Source: Auanema rhodensis (lineage: Eukaryota > Animalia > Nematoda). Taken from it: a stretch of 64,000 nucleotides of DNA. The stretch is from positions 15,934,001 through 15,998,000 of the forward strand of contig OZ059900.1 in the NCBI GenBank assembly GCA_964057225.1, given 5' to 3'. The notes below the pieces were generated by a model. It was not told where the DNA came from. It saw nothing but the letters and a program-made list of their open reading frames with translations, and ran no database searches. Made by a program: the position numbers and the translations under genes. Position 1 is the stretch's first letter. Each line of letters begins with the position of its first letter. Below, in pieces: positions 38,901 to 52,400 of this stretch.

Positions 38901-41900
38901 TTTTTGTATTTTTCTAGTGTTCAGCATGTAAAATGCTTCATTTTAGTATGTAACACGCTGAAATTCGTTGCATTTGACGACTCATATGAACAAAAATCGA
39001 TTTAATCAATATTAGCCATAAGGGGCGTGCCCTCAGAATATGCTAATTTCCTTAATTTTCTAACCCCTGTTTTTTTGTCGTGAAAGTGGAACTAGACGTT
39101 GTACGAACAATTTTGAGCTAGGTTTCATTGACATTGCATGAGTTTGAACACATGAAATCGTAAGTCAAAACCTTGTTTACAGCGAAATTTCCAAAAACTG
39201 GTTTTCCAGCATAATAAAATATTTCTCATGGGAAATACTGTGTTTTTGTATTTTTCTAGTGTTCAGCATGTAAAATGCTTCATTTTAGTATGTAACACGC
39301 TGAAATTCGTTGCATTTGACGACTCATATGAACAAAAATCGATTTAATCAATATTAGCCATAAGGGGCGTGCCCTCAGAATATGCTAATTTCCTTAATTT
39401 TCTAACCCTTGTTTTTTTGTCGTGAAAGTGGAACTAGACGTTGTACAAACAATTTTGAGCTAGGTTTCATTGACATTGCATGAGTTTGAACACATGAAAT
39501 CGTAAGTCAAAACCTTGTTTACAGCGAAATTTCCAAAAACTGGTTTTCCAGCATAATAAAATATTTCTCATGGGAAATACTGTGTTTTTGTATTTTTCTA
39601 GTGTTCAGCCTGTAAAATGCTTCATTTTAGTATGTAACACGCTGAAATTCGTTGCATTTGACGACTCATATGAACAAAAATCGATTTAATCAATATTAGC
39701 CATAAGGGGCGTGCCCTCAGAATATGCTAATTTCCTTAATTTTCTAACCCTTGTTTTTTTGTCGTGAAAGTGGAACTAGACGTTGTACAAACAATTTTGA
39801 GCTAGGTTTCATTGACATTGCATGAGTTTGAACACATGAAATCGTAAGTCAAAACCTTGTTTACAGCGAAATTTCCAAAAACTGGTTTTCCAGCATGATA
39901 AAATATTTCTCATGGGAAATACTGTGTTTTTGTATTTTTCTAGTGTTCAGCATGTAAAATGCTTCATTTTAGTATGTAACACGCTGAAATTCGTTGCATT
40001 TGACGACTCATATGAACAAAAATCGATTTAATCAATATTAGCCATAAGGGGCGTGCCCTCAGAATATGCTAATTTCCTTAATTTTCTAACCCCTGTTTTT
40101 TTGTCGTGAAAGTGGAACTAGACGTTGTACGAACAATTTTGAGCTAGGTTTCATTGACATTGCATGAGTTTGAACACATGAAATCGTAAGTCAAAACCTT
40201 GTTTACAGCGAAATTTCCAAAAACTGGTTTTCCAGCATAATAAAATATTTCTCATGGGAAATACTGTGTTTTTGTATTTTTCTAGTGTTCAGCATGTAAA
40301 ATGCTTCATTTTAGTATGTAACACGCTGAAATTCGTTGCATTTGACGACTCATATGAACAAAAATCGATTTAATCAATATTAGCCATAAGGGGCGTGCCC
40401 TCAGAATATGCTAATTTCCTTAATTTTCTAACCCCTGTTTTTTTGTCGTGAAAGTGGAACTAGACGTTGTACGAACAATTTTGAGCTAGGTTTCATTGAC
40501 ATTGCATGAGTTTGAACACATGAAATCGTAAGTCAAAACCTTGTTTACAGCGAAATTTCCAAAAACTGGTTTTCCAGCATAATAAAATATTTCTCATGGG
40601 AAATACTGTGTTTTTGTATTTTTCTAGTGTTCAGCATGTAAAATGCTTCATTTTAGTTTGTAACACGCTGAAATTCGTTGCATTTGACGACTCATATGAA
40701 CAAAAATCGATTTAATCAATATTAGCCATAAGGGGCGTGCCCTCAGAATATGCTAATTTCCTTAATTTTCTAACCCCTGTTTTTTTGTCGTGAAAGTGGA
40801 ACTAGACGTTGTACGAACAATTTTGAGCTAGGTTACATTGACATTGCATGAGTTTGAACACATGAAATCGTAAGTCAAAACCTTGTTTACAGCGAAATTT
40901 CCAAAAACTGGTTTTCCAGCTTAATAAAATATTTCTCATGAGAAATACTGTGTTTTTGTAATTTTCTAGTGTTCAGCATGTAAAATGCTTCATTTTAGTA
41001 TGTAACACGCTGAAATTCGTTGCATTTGACGACTCATATGAACAAAAATCGATTTAATCAATATTAGCCATAAGGGGCGTGCCCTCAGAATATGCTAATT
41101 TCCTTAATTTTCTAACCCCTGTTTTTTTGTCGTGAAAGTGGAACTAGACGTTGTACGAACAATTTTGAGCTAGGTTTCATTGACATTGCATGAGTTTGAA
41201 CACATGAAATCGTAAGTCAAAACCTTGTTTACAGCGAAATTTCCAAAAACTGGTTTTCCAGCATAATAAAATATTTCTCATGGGAAATACTGTGTTTTTG
41301 TATTTTTCTAGTGTTCAGCATGTAAAATGTTTCATTTTAGTTTGTAACACGCTGAAATTCGTTGCATTTGACGACTCATATGAACAAAAATCGATTTAAT
41401 CAATATTAGCCATAAGGGGCGTGCCCTCAGAATATGCTAATTTCCTTAATTTTCTAACCCCTGTTTTTTTGTCGTGAAAGTGGAACTAGACGTTGTACGA
41501 ACAATTTTGAGCTAGGTTACATTGACATTGCATGAGTTTGAACACATGAAATCGTAAGTCAAAACCTTGTTTACAGCGAAATTTCCAAAAACTGGTTTTC
41601 CAGCATAATAAAATATTTCTCATGGGAAATACTGTGTTTTTGTATTTTTCTAGTGTTCAGCATGTAAAATGCTTCATTTTAGTATGTAACACGCTGAAAT
41701 TCGTTGCATTTGACGACTCATATGAACAAAAATCGATTTAATCAATATTAGCCATAAGGGGCGTGCCCTCAGAATATGCTAATTTCCTTAATTTTCTAAC
41801 CCTTGTTTTTTTGTCGTGAAAGTGGAACTAGACGTTGTACAAACAATTTTGAGCTAGGTTTCATTGACATTGCATGAGTTTGAACACATGAAATCGTAAG

Positions 41901-42070
41901 TCAAAACCTTGTTTACAGCGAAATTTCCAAAAACTGGTTTTCCAGCATGATAAAATATTTCTCATGGGAAATACTGTGTTTTTGTATTTTTCTAGTGTTC
42001 AGCATGTAAAATGCTTCATTTTAGTATGTAACACGCTGAAATTCGTTGCATTTGACGACTCATATGAACA
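32960..42070 (+). repeat. 10-monomer higher-order repeat (3420 bp, ~2.6 copies)
   Basis: Rare variants recur at 3420-bp spacing: CAGCTTAAT 34081/37501/40921; CATACGGG 35259/38679; AGTTAAAA 35404/38824; CAGCCTGT 36190/39610. Confidence 0.9.
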
Positions 42071-44299
42071 AAAATAGATTTAATCAATATTAGCCATAAG
42101 GGGCGTGCCCTCAGAATATGCTAATTTCCTTAATTTTTTAACCCCTGTTTTTTTGTCGTGAAAGTGGAACTAGACGTTGTACGAACAATTTTGAGCTAGG
42201 TTTCATTGACATTGCATGAGTTTGAACACATGAAATCGTAAGTCAAAACCTTGTTTACAGCGAAATTTCCAAAAACTGGTTTTCCAGCATGATAAAATAT
42301 TTCTCATGGGAAATACTGTGTTTTTGTATTTTTCTAGTGTTCAGCATGTAAAATGCTTCATTTTAGTATGTAACACGCTGAAATTCGTTGCATTTGACGA
42401 CTCATATGAACAAAAATCGATTTAATCAATATTAGCCATAAGGGGCGTGCCCTCAGAATATGCTAATTTCCTTAATTTTCTAACCCCTGTTTTTTTGTCG
42501 TGAAAGTGGAACTAGACGTTGTACGAACAATTTTGAGCTAGGTTTCATTGACATTGCATGAGTTTGAACACATGAAATCGTAAGTCAAAACCTTGTTTAC
42601 AGCGAAATTTCCAAAAACTGGTTTTCCAGCATGATAAAATATTTCTCATGGGAAATACTGTGTTTTTGTATTTTTCTAGTGTTCAGCATGTAAAATGCTT
42701 CATTTTAGTATGTAACACGCTGAAATTCGTTGCATTTGACGACTCATATGAACAAAAATCGATTTAATCAATATTAGCCATAAGGGGCGTGCCCTCAGAA
42801 TATGCTAATTTCCTTAATTTTCTAACCCCTGTTTTTTTGTCGTGAAAGTGGAACTAGACGTTGTACGAACAATTTTGAGCTAGGTTTCATTGACATTGCA
42901 TGAGTTTGAACACATGAAATCGTAAGTCAAAACCTTGTTTACAGCGAAATTTCCAAAAACTGGTTTTCCAGCATAATAAAATATTTCTCATGGGAAATAC
43001 TGTGTTTTTGTATTTTTCTAGTGTTCAGCATGTAAAATGCTTCATTTTAGTATGTAACACGCTGAAATTCGTTGCATTTGACGACTCATATGAACAAAAA
43101 TCGATTTAATCAATATTAGCCATAAGGGGCGTGCCCTCAGAATATGCTAATTTCCTTAATTTTCTAACCCCTGTTTTTTTGTCGTGAAAGTGGAACTAGA
43201 CGTTGTACGAACAATTTTGAGCTAGGTTTCATTGACATTGCATGAGTTTGAACACATGAAATCGTAAGTCAAAACCTTGTTTACAGCGAAATTTCCAAAA
43301 ACTGGTTTTCCAGCATAATAAAATATTTCTCATGGGAAATACTGTGTTTTTGTATTTTTCTAGTGTTCAGCATGTAAAATGCTTCATTTTAGTTTGTAAC
43401 ACGCTGAAATTCGTTGCATTTGACGACTCATATGAACAAAAATCGATTTAATCAATATTAGCCATAAGGGGCGTGCCCTCAGAATATGCTAATTTCCTTA
43501 ATTTTCTAACCCCTGTTTTTTTGTCGTGAAAGTGGAACTAGACGTTGTACGAACAATTTTGAGCTAGGTTACATTGACATTGCATGAGTTTGAACACATG
43601 AAATCGTAAGTCAAAACCTTGTTTACAGCGAAATTTCCAAAAACTGGTTTTCCAGCATAATAAAATATTTCTCATGGGAAATACTGTGTTTTTGTATTTT
43701 TCTAGTGTTCAGCATGTAAAATGCTTCATTTTAGTATGTAACACGCTGAAATTCGTTGCATTTGACGACTCATATGAACAAAAATCGATTTAATCAATAT
43801 TAGCCATAAGGGGCGTGCCCTCAGAATATGCTAATTTCCTTAATTTTCTAACCCCTGTTTTTTTGTCGTGAAAGTGGAACTAGACGTTGTACGAACAATT
43901 TTGAGCTAGGTTTCATTGACATTGCATGAGTTTGAACACATGAAATCGTAAGTCAAAACCTTGTTTACAGCGAAATTTCCAAAAACTGGTTTTCCAGCAT
44001 GATAAAATATTTCTCATGGGAAATACTGTGTTTTTGTATTTTTCTAGTGTTCAGCATGTAAAATGCTTCATTTTAGTATGTAACACGCTGAAATTCGTTG
44101 CATTTGACGACTCATATGAACAAAAATCGATTTAATCAATATTAGCCATAAGGGGCGTGCCCTCAGAATATGCTAATTTCCTTAATTTTCTAACCCCTGT
44201 TTTTTTGTCGTGAAAGTGGAACTAGACGTTGTACGAACAATTTTGAGCTAGGTTTCATTGACATTGCATGAGTTTGAACACATGAAATCGTAAGTCAAA

Positions 44300-47200
44300 A
44301 CCTTGTTTACAGCGAAATTTCCAAAAACTGGTTTTCCAGCATGATAAAATATTTCTCATGGGAAATACTGTGTTTTTGTATTTTTCTAGTGTTCAGCATG
44401 TAAAATGCTTCATTTTAGTTTGTAACACGCTGAAATTCGTTGCATTTGACGACTCATATGAACAAAAATCGATTTAATCAATATTAGCCATAAGGGGCGT
44501 GCCCTCAGAATATGCTAATTTCCTTAATTTTCTAACCCCTGTTTTTTTGTCGTGAAAGTGGAACTAGACGTTGTACGAACACTTTTGAGCTAGGTTACAT
44601 TGACATTGCATGAGTTTGAACACATGAAATCGTAAGTCAAAACCTTGTTTACAGCGAAATTTCCAAAAACTGGTTTTCCAGCATAATAAAATATTTCTCA
44701 TGGGAAATACTGTGTTTTTGTATTTTTCTAGTGTTCAGCATGTAAAATGCTTCATTTTAGTATGTAACACGCTGAAATTCGTTGCATTTGACGACTCATA
44801 TGAACAAAAATCGATTTAATCAATATTAGCCATAAGGGGCGTGCCCTCAGAATATGCTAATTTCCTTAATTTTCTAACCCTTGTTTTTTTGTCGTGAAAG
44901 TGGAACTAGACGTTGTACAAACAATTTTGAGCTAGGTTTCATTGACATTGCATGAGTTTGAACACATGAAATCGTAAGTCAAAACCTTGTTTACAGCGAA
45001 ATTTCCAAAAACTGGTTTTCCAGCATGATAAAATATTTCTCATGGGAAATACTGTGTTTTTGTATTTTTCTAGTGTTCAGCATTTAAAATGCTTCATTTT
45101 AGTATGTAACACGCTGAAATTCGTTGCATTTGACGACTCATATGAACAAAAATCGATTTAATCAATATTAGCCATAAGGGGCGTGCCCTCAGAATATGCT
45201 AATTTCCTTAATTTTCTAACCCCTGTTTTTTTGTCGTGAAAGTGGAACTAGACGTTGTACGAACAATTTTGAGCTAGGTTTCATTGACATTGCATGAGTT
45301 TGAACACATGAAATCGTAAGTCAAAACCTTGTTTACAGGGAAATTTCGAAAAACTGGTTTTCTAGCATAATAAAATATTTCTCATGGGAAATACTGTGTT
45401 TTTGTATTCTTCTAGTGTTCAGCATGTAAAATGCTTCATTTTAGTGTGTAACACGCTGAAATTCGTTGCATTTGACGACTCATATGAACAAAAATCGATT
45501 TAATCAATATTAGCCATAAGGGGCGTGCCCTCAGAATATGCTAATTTCCTTAATTTTCTAACCCCTGTTTTTTTGTCGTGAAAGTGGAACTAGACGTTGT
45601 ACGAACAATTTTGAGCTAGGTTACATTGACATTGCATGAGTTTGAACACATGAAATCGTAAGTCAAAACCTTGTTTACAGCGAAATTTCCAAAAACTGGT
45701 TTTCCAGCATAATAAAATATTTCTCATGGGAAATACTGTGTTTTTGTATTTTTCTAGTGTTCAGCATGTAAAATGCTTCATTTTAGTATGTAACACGCTG
45801 AAATTCGTTGCATTTGACGACTCATATGAACAAAAATCGATTTAATCAATATTAGCCATAAGGGGCGTGCCCTCAGAATATGCTAATTTCCTTAATTTTC
45901 TAACCCTTGTTTTTTTGTCGTGAAAGTGGAACTAGACGTTGTACAAACAATTTTGAGCTAGGTTTCATTGACATTGCATGAGTTTGAACACATGAAATCG
46001 TAAGTCAAAACCTTGTTTACAGCGAAATTTCCAAAAACTGGTTTTCCAGCATGATAAAATATTTCTCATGGGAAATACTGTGTTTTTGTATTTTTCTAGT
46101 GTTCAGCATGTAAAATGCTTCATTTTAGTATGTAACACGCTGAAATTCGTTGCATTTGACGACTCATATGAACAAAAATCGATTTAATCAATATTAGCCA
46201 TAAGGGGCGTGCCCTCAGAATATGCTAATTTCCTTAATTTTTTAACCCCTGTTTTTTTGTCGTGAAAGTGGAACTAGACGTTGTACGAACAATTTTGAGC
46301 TAGGTTTCATTGACATTGCATGAGTTTGAACACATGAAATCGTAAGTCAAAACCTTGTTTACAGCGAAATTTCCAAAAACTGGTTTTCCAGCATGATAAA
46401 ATATTTCTCATGGGAAATACTGTGTTTTTGTATTTTTCTAGTGTTCAGCATGTAAAATGCTTCATTTTAGTATGTAACACGCTGAAATTCGTTGCATTTG
46501 ACGACTCATATGAACAAAAATCGATTTAATCAATATTAGCCATAAGGGGCGTGCCCTCAGAATATGCTAATTTCCTTAATTTTCTAACCCCTGTTTTTTT
46601 GTCGTGAAAGTGGAACTAGACGTTGTACGAACAATTTTGAGCTAGGTTTCATTGACATTGCATGAGTTTGAACACATGAAATCGTAAGTCAAAACCTTGT
46701 TTACAGCGAAATTTCCAAAAACTGGTTTTCCAGCATAATAAAATATTTCTCATGGGAAATACTGTGTTTTTGTATTTTTCTAGTGTTCAGCATGTAAAAT
46801 GCTTCATTTTAGTATGTAACACGCTGAAATTCGTTGCATTTGACGACTCATATGAACAAAAATCGATTTAATCAATATTAGCCATAAGGGGCGTGCCCTG
46901 AGAATATGCTAATTTCCTTAATTTTCTAACCCCTGTTTTTTTGTCGTGAAAGTGGAACTAGACGTTGTACGAACAATTTTGAGCTAGGTTTCATTGACAT
47001 TGCATGAGTTTGAACACATGAAATCGTAAGTCAAAACCTTGTTTACAGCGAAATTTCCAAAAACTGGTTTTCCAGCATAATAAAATATTTCTCATGGGAA
47101 ATACTGTGTTTTTGTATTTTTCTAGTGTTCAGCATGTAAAATGCTTCATTTTAGTTTGTAACACGCTGAAATTCGTTGCATTTGACGACTCATATGAACA

Positions 47201-49400
47201 AAAATCGATTTAATCAATATTAGCCATAAGGGGCGTGCCCTCAGAATATGCTAATTTCCTTAATTTTCTAACCCCTGTTTTTTTGTCGTGAAAGTGGAAC
47301 TAGACGTTGTACGAACAATTTTGAGCTAGGTTACATTGACATTGCATGAGTTTGAACACATGAAATCGTAAGTCAAAACCTTGTTTACAGCGAAATTTCC
47401 AAAAACTGGTTTTCCAGCATAATAAAATATTTCTCATGGGAAATACTGTGTTTTTGTATTTTTCTAGTGTTCAGCATGTAAAATGCTTCATTTTAGTATG
47501 TAACACGCTGAAATTCGTTGCATTTGACGACTCATATGAACAAAAATCGATTTAATCAATATTAGCCATAAGGGGCGTGCCCTCAGAATATGCTAATTTC
47601 CTTAATTTTCTAACCCTTGTTTTTTTGTCGTGAAAGTGGAACTAGACGTTGTACAAACAATTTTGAGCTAGGTTTCATTGACATTGCATGAGTTTGAACA
47701 CATGAAATCGTAAGTCAAAACCTTGTTTACAGCGAAATTTCCAAAAACTGGTTTTCCAGCATGATAAAATATTTCTCATGGGAAATACTGTGTTTTTGTA
47801 TTTTTCTAGTGTTCAGCATTTAAAATGCTTCATTTTAGTATGTAACACGCTGAAATTCGTTGCATTTGACGACTCATATGAACAAAAATCGATTTAATCA
47901 ATATTAGCCATAAGGGGCGTGCCCTCAGAATATGCTAATTTCCTTAATTTTCTAACCCCTGTTTTTTTGTCGTGAAAGTGGAACTAGACGTTGTACGAAC
48001 AATTTTGAGCTAGGTTTCATTGACATTGCATGAGTTTGAACACATGAAATCGTAAGTCAAAACCTTGTTTACAGGGAAATTTCGAAAAACTGGTTTTCTA
48101 GCATAATAAAATATTTCTCATGGGAAATACTGTGTTTTTGTATTCTTCTAGTGTTCAGCATGTAAAATGCTTCATTTTAGTGTGTAACACGCTGAAATTC
48201 GTTGCATTTGACGACTCATATGAACAAAAATCGATTTAATCAATATTAGCCATAAGGGGCGTGCCCTCAGAATATGCTAATTTCCTTAATTTTCTAACCC
48301 CTGTTTTTTTGTCGTGAAAGTGGAACTAGACGTTGTACGAACAATTTTGAGCTAGGTTACATTGACATTGCATGAGTTTGAACACATGAAATCGTAAGTC
48401 AAAACCTTGTTTACAGCGAAATTTCCAAAAACTGGTTTTCCAGCATAATAAAATATTTCTCATGGGAAATACTGTGTTTTTGTATTTTTCTAGTGTTCAG
48501 CATGTAAAATGCTTCATTTTAGTATGTAACACGCTGAAATTCGTTGCATTTGACGACTCATATGAACAAAAATCGATTTAATCAATATTAGCCATAAGGG
48601 GCGTGCCCTCAGAATATGCTAATTTCCTTAATTTTCTAACCCTTGTTTTTTTGTCGTGAAAGTGGAACTAGACGTTGTACAAACAATTTTGAGCTAGGTT
48701 TCATTGACATTGCATGAGTTTGAACACATGAAATCGTAAGTCAAAACCTTGTTTACAGCGAAATTTCCAAAAACTGGTTTTCCAGCATGATAAAATATTT
48801 CTCATGGGAAATACTGTGTTTTTGTATTTTTCTAGTGTTCAGCATGTAAAATGCTTCATTTTAGTATGTAACACGCTGAAATTCGTTGCATTTGACGACT
48901 CATATGAACAAAAATCGATTTAATCAATATTAGCCATAAGGGGCGTGCCCTCAGAATATGCTAATTTCCTTAATTTTTTAACCCCTGTTTTTTTGTCGTG
49001 AAAGTGGAACTAGACGTTGTACGAACAATTTTGAGCTAGGTTTCATTGACATTGCATGAGTTTGAACACATGAAATCGTAAGTCAAAACCTTGTTTACAG
49101 CGAAATTTCCAAAAACTGGTTTTCCAGCATGATAAAATATTTCTCATGGGAAATACTGTGTTTTTGTATTTTTCTAGTGTTCAGCATGTAAAATGCTTCA
49201 TTTTAGTATGTAACACGCTGAAATTCGTTGCATTTGACGACTCATATGAACAAAAATCGATTTAATCAATATTAGCCATAAGGGGCGTGCCCTCAGAATA
49301 TGCTAATTTCCTTAATTTTCTAACCCCTGTTTTTTTGTCGTGAAAGTGGAACTAGACGTTGTACGAACAATTTTGAGCTAGGTTTCATTGACATTGCATG
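44300..49400 (+). repeat. 8-monomer higher-order repeat (2736 bp, ~2 copies)
   Basis: GCATTTAAAA 45084/47820, ACAGGGAAATTTCGAA 45339/48075, AATTTTTTAAC 46242/48978. Boundaries are approximate. Confidence 0.8.
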
Positions 49401-52400
49401 AGTTTGAACACATGAAATCGTAAGTCAAAACCTTGTTTACAGCGAAATTTCCAAAAACTGGTTTTCCAGCATGATAAAATATTTCTCATGGGAAATACTG
49501 TGTTTTTGTATTTTTCTAGTGTTCAGCATGTAAAATGCTTCATTTTAGTATGTAACACGCTGAAATTCGTTGCATTTGACGACTCATATGAACAAAAATC
49601 GATTTAATCAATATTAGCCATAAGGGGCGTGCCCTCAGAATATGCTAATTTCCTTAATTTTCTAACCCTTGTTTTTTTGTCGTGAAAGTGGAACTAGACG
49701 TTGTACAAACAATTTTGAGCTAGGTTTCATTGACATTGCATGAGTTTGAACACATGAAATCGTAAGTCAAAACCTTGTTTACAGCGAAATTTCCAAAAAC
49801 TGGTTTTCCAGCATGATAAAATATTTCTCATGGGAAATACTGTGTTTTTGTATTTTTCTAGTGTTCAGCATGTAAAATGCTTCATTTTAGTATGTAACAC
49901 GCTGAAATTCGTTGCATTTGACGACTCATATGAACAAAAATCGATTTAATCAATATTAGCCATAAGGGGCGTGCCCTCAGAATATGCTAATTTCCTTAAT
50001 TTTTTAACCCCTGTTTTTTTGTCGTGAAAGTGGAACTAGACGTTGTACGAACAATTTTGAGCTAGGTTTCATTGACATTGCATGAGTTTGAACACATGAA
50101 ATCGTAAGTCAAAACCTTGTTTACAGCGAAATTTCCAAAAACTGGTTTTCCAGCATGATAAAATATTTCTCATGGGAAATACTGTGTTTTTGTATTTTTC
50201 TAGTGTTCAGCATGTAAAATGCTTCATTTTAGTATGTAACACGCTGAAATTCGTTGCATTTGACGACTCATATGAACAAAAATCGATTTAATCAATATTA
50301 GCCATAAGGGGCGTGCCCTCAGAATATGCTAATTTCCTTAATTTTCTAACCCCTGTTTTTTTGTCGTGAAAGTGGAACTAGACGTTGTACGAACAATTTT
50401 GAGCTAGGTTTCATTGACATTGCATGAGTTTGAACACATGAAATCGTAAGTCAAAACCTTGTTTACAGCGAAATTTCCAAAAACTGGTTTTCCAGCATGA
50501 TAAAATATTTCTCATGGGAAATACTGTGTTTTTGTATTTTTCTAGTGTTCAGCATGTAAAATGCTTCATTTTAGTATGTAACACGCTGAAATTCGTTGCA
50601 TTTGACGACTCATATGAACAAAAATCGATTTAATCAATATTAGCCATAAGGGGCGTGCCCTCAGAATATGCTAATTTCCTTAATTTTCTAACCCCTGTTT
50701 TTTTGTCGTGAAAGTGGAACTAGACGTTGTACGAACAATTTTGAGCTAGGTTTCATTGACATTGCATGAGTTTGAACACATGAAATCGTAAGTCAAAACC
50801 TTGTTTACAGCGAAATTTCCAAAAACTGGTTTTCCAGCATAATAAAATATTTCTCATGGGAAATACTGTGTTTTTGTATTTTTCTAGTGTTCAGCATGTA
50901 AAATGCTTCATTTTAGTATGTAACACGCTGAAATTCGTTGCATTTGACGACTCATATGAACAAAAATCGATTTAATCAATATTAGCCATAAGGGGCGTGC
51001 CCTCAGAATATGCTAATTTCCTTAATTTTCTAACCCCTGTTTTTTTGTCGTGAAAGTGGAACTAGACGTTGTACGAACAATTTTGAGCTAGGTTTCATTG
51101 ACATTGCATGAGTTTGAACACATGAAATCGTAAGTCAAAACCTTGTTTACAGCGAAATTTCCAAAAACTGGTTTTCCAGCATAATAAAATATTTCTCATG
51201 GGAAATACTGTGTTTTTGTATTTTTCTAGTGTTCAGCATGTAAAATGCTTCATTTTAGTTTGTAACACGCTGAAATTCGTTGCATTTGACGACTCATATG
51301 AACAAAAATCGATTTAATCAATATTAGCCATAAGGGGCGTGCCCTCAGAATATGCTAATTTCCTTAATTTTCTAACCCCTGTTTTTTCGTCGTGAAAGTG
51401 GAACTAGACGTTGTACGAACAATTTTGAGCTAGGTTACATTGACATTGCATGAGTTTGAACACATGAAATCGTAAGTCAAAACCTTGTTTACAGCGAAAT
51501 TTCCAAAAACTGGTTTTCCAGCATAATAAAATATTTCTCATGGGAAATACTGTGTTTTTGTATTTTTCTAGTGTTCAGCATGTAAAATGCTTCATTTTAG
51601 TATGTAACACGCTGAAATTCGTTGCATTTGACGACTCATATGAACAAAAATCGATTTAATCAATATTAGCCATAAGGGGCGTGCCCTCAGAATATGCTAA
51701 TTTCCTTAATTTTCTAACCCTTGTTTTTTTGTCGTGAAAGTGGAACTAGACGTTGTACAAACAATTTTGAGCTAGGTTTCATTGACATTGCATGAGTTTG
51801 AACACATGAAATCGTAAGTCAAAACCTTGTTTACAGCGAAATTTCCAAAAACTGGTTTTCCAGCATGATAAAATATTTCTCATGGGAAATACTGTGTTTT
51901 TGTATTTTTCTAGTGTTCAGCATGTAAAATGCTTCATTTTAGTATGTAACACGCTGAAATTCGTTGCATTTGACGACTCATATGAACAAAAATCGATTTA
52001 ATCAATATTAGCCATAAGGGGCGTGCCCTCAGAATATGCTAATTTCCTTAATTTTTTAACCCCTGTTTTTTTGTCGTGAAAGTGGAACTAGACGTTGTAC
52101 GAACAATTTTGAGCTAGGTTTCATTGACATTGCATGAGTTTGAACACATGAAATCGTAAGTCAAAACCTTGTTTACAGCGAAATTTCCAAAAACTGGTTT
52201 TCCAGCATGATAAAATATTTCTCATGGGAAATACTGTGTTTTTGTATTTTTCTAGTGTTCAGCATGTAAAATGCTTCATTTTAGTATGTAACACGCTGAA
52301 ATTCGTTGCATTTGACGACTCATATGAACAAAAATCGATTTAATCAATATTAGCCATAAGGGGCGTGCCCTCAGAATATGCTAATTTCCTTAATTTTCTA

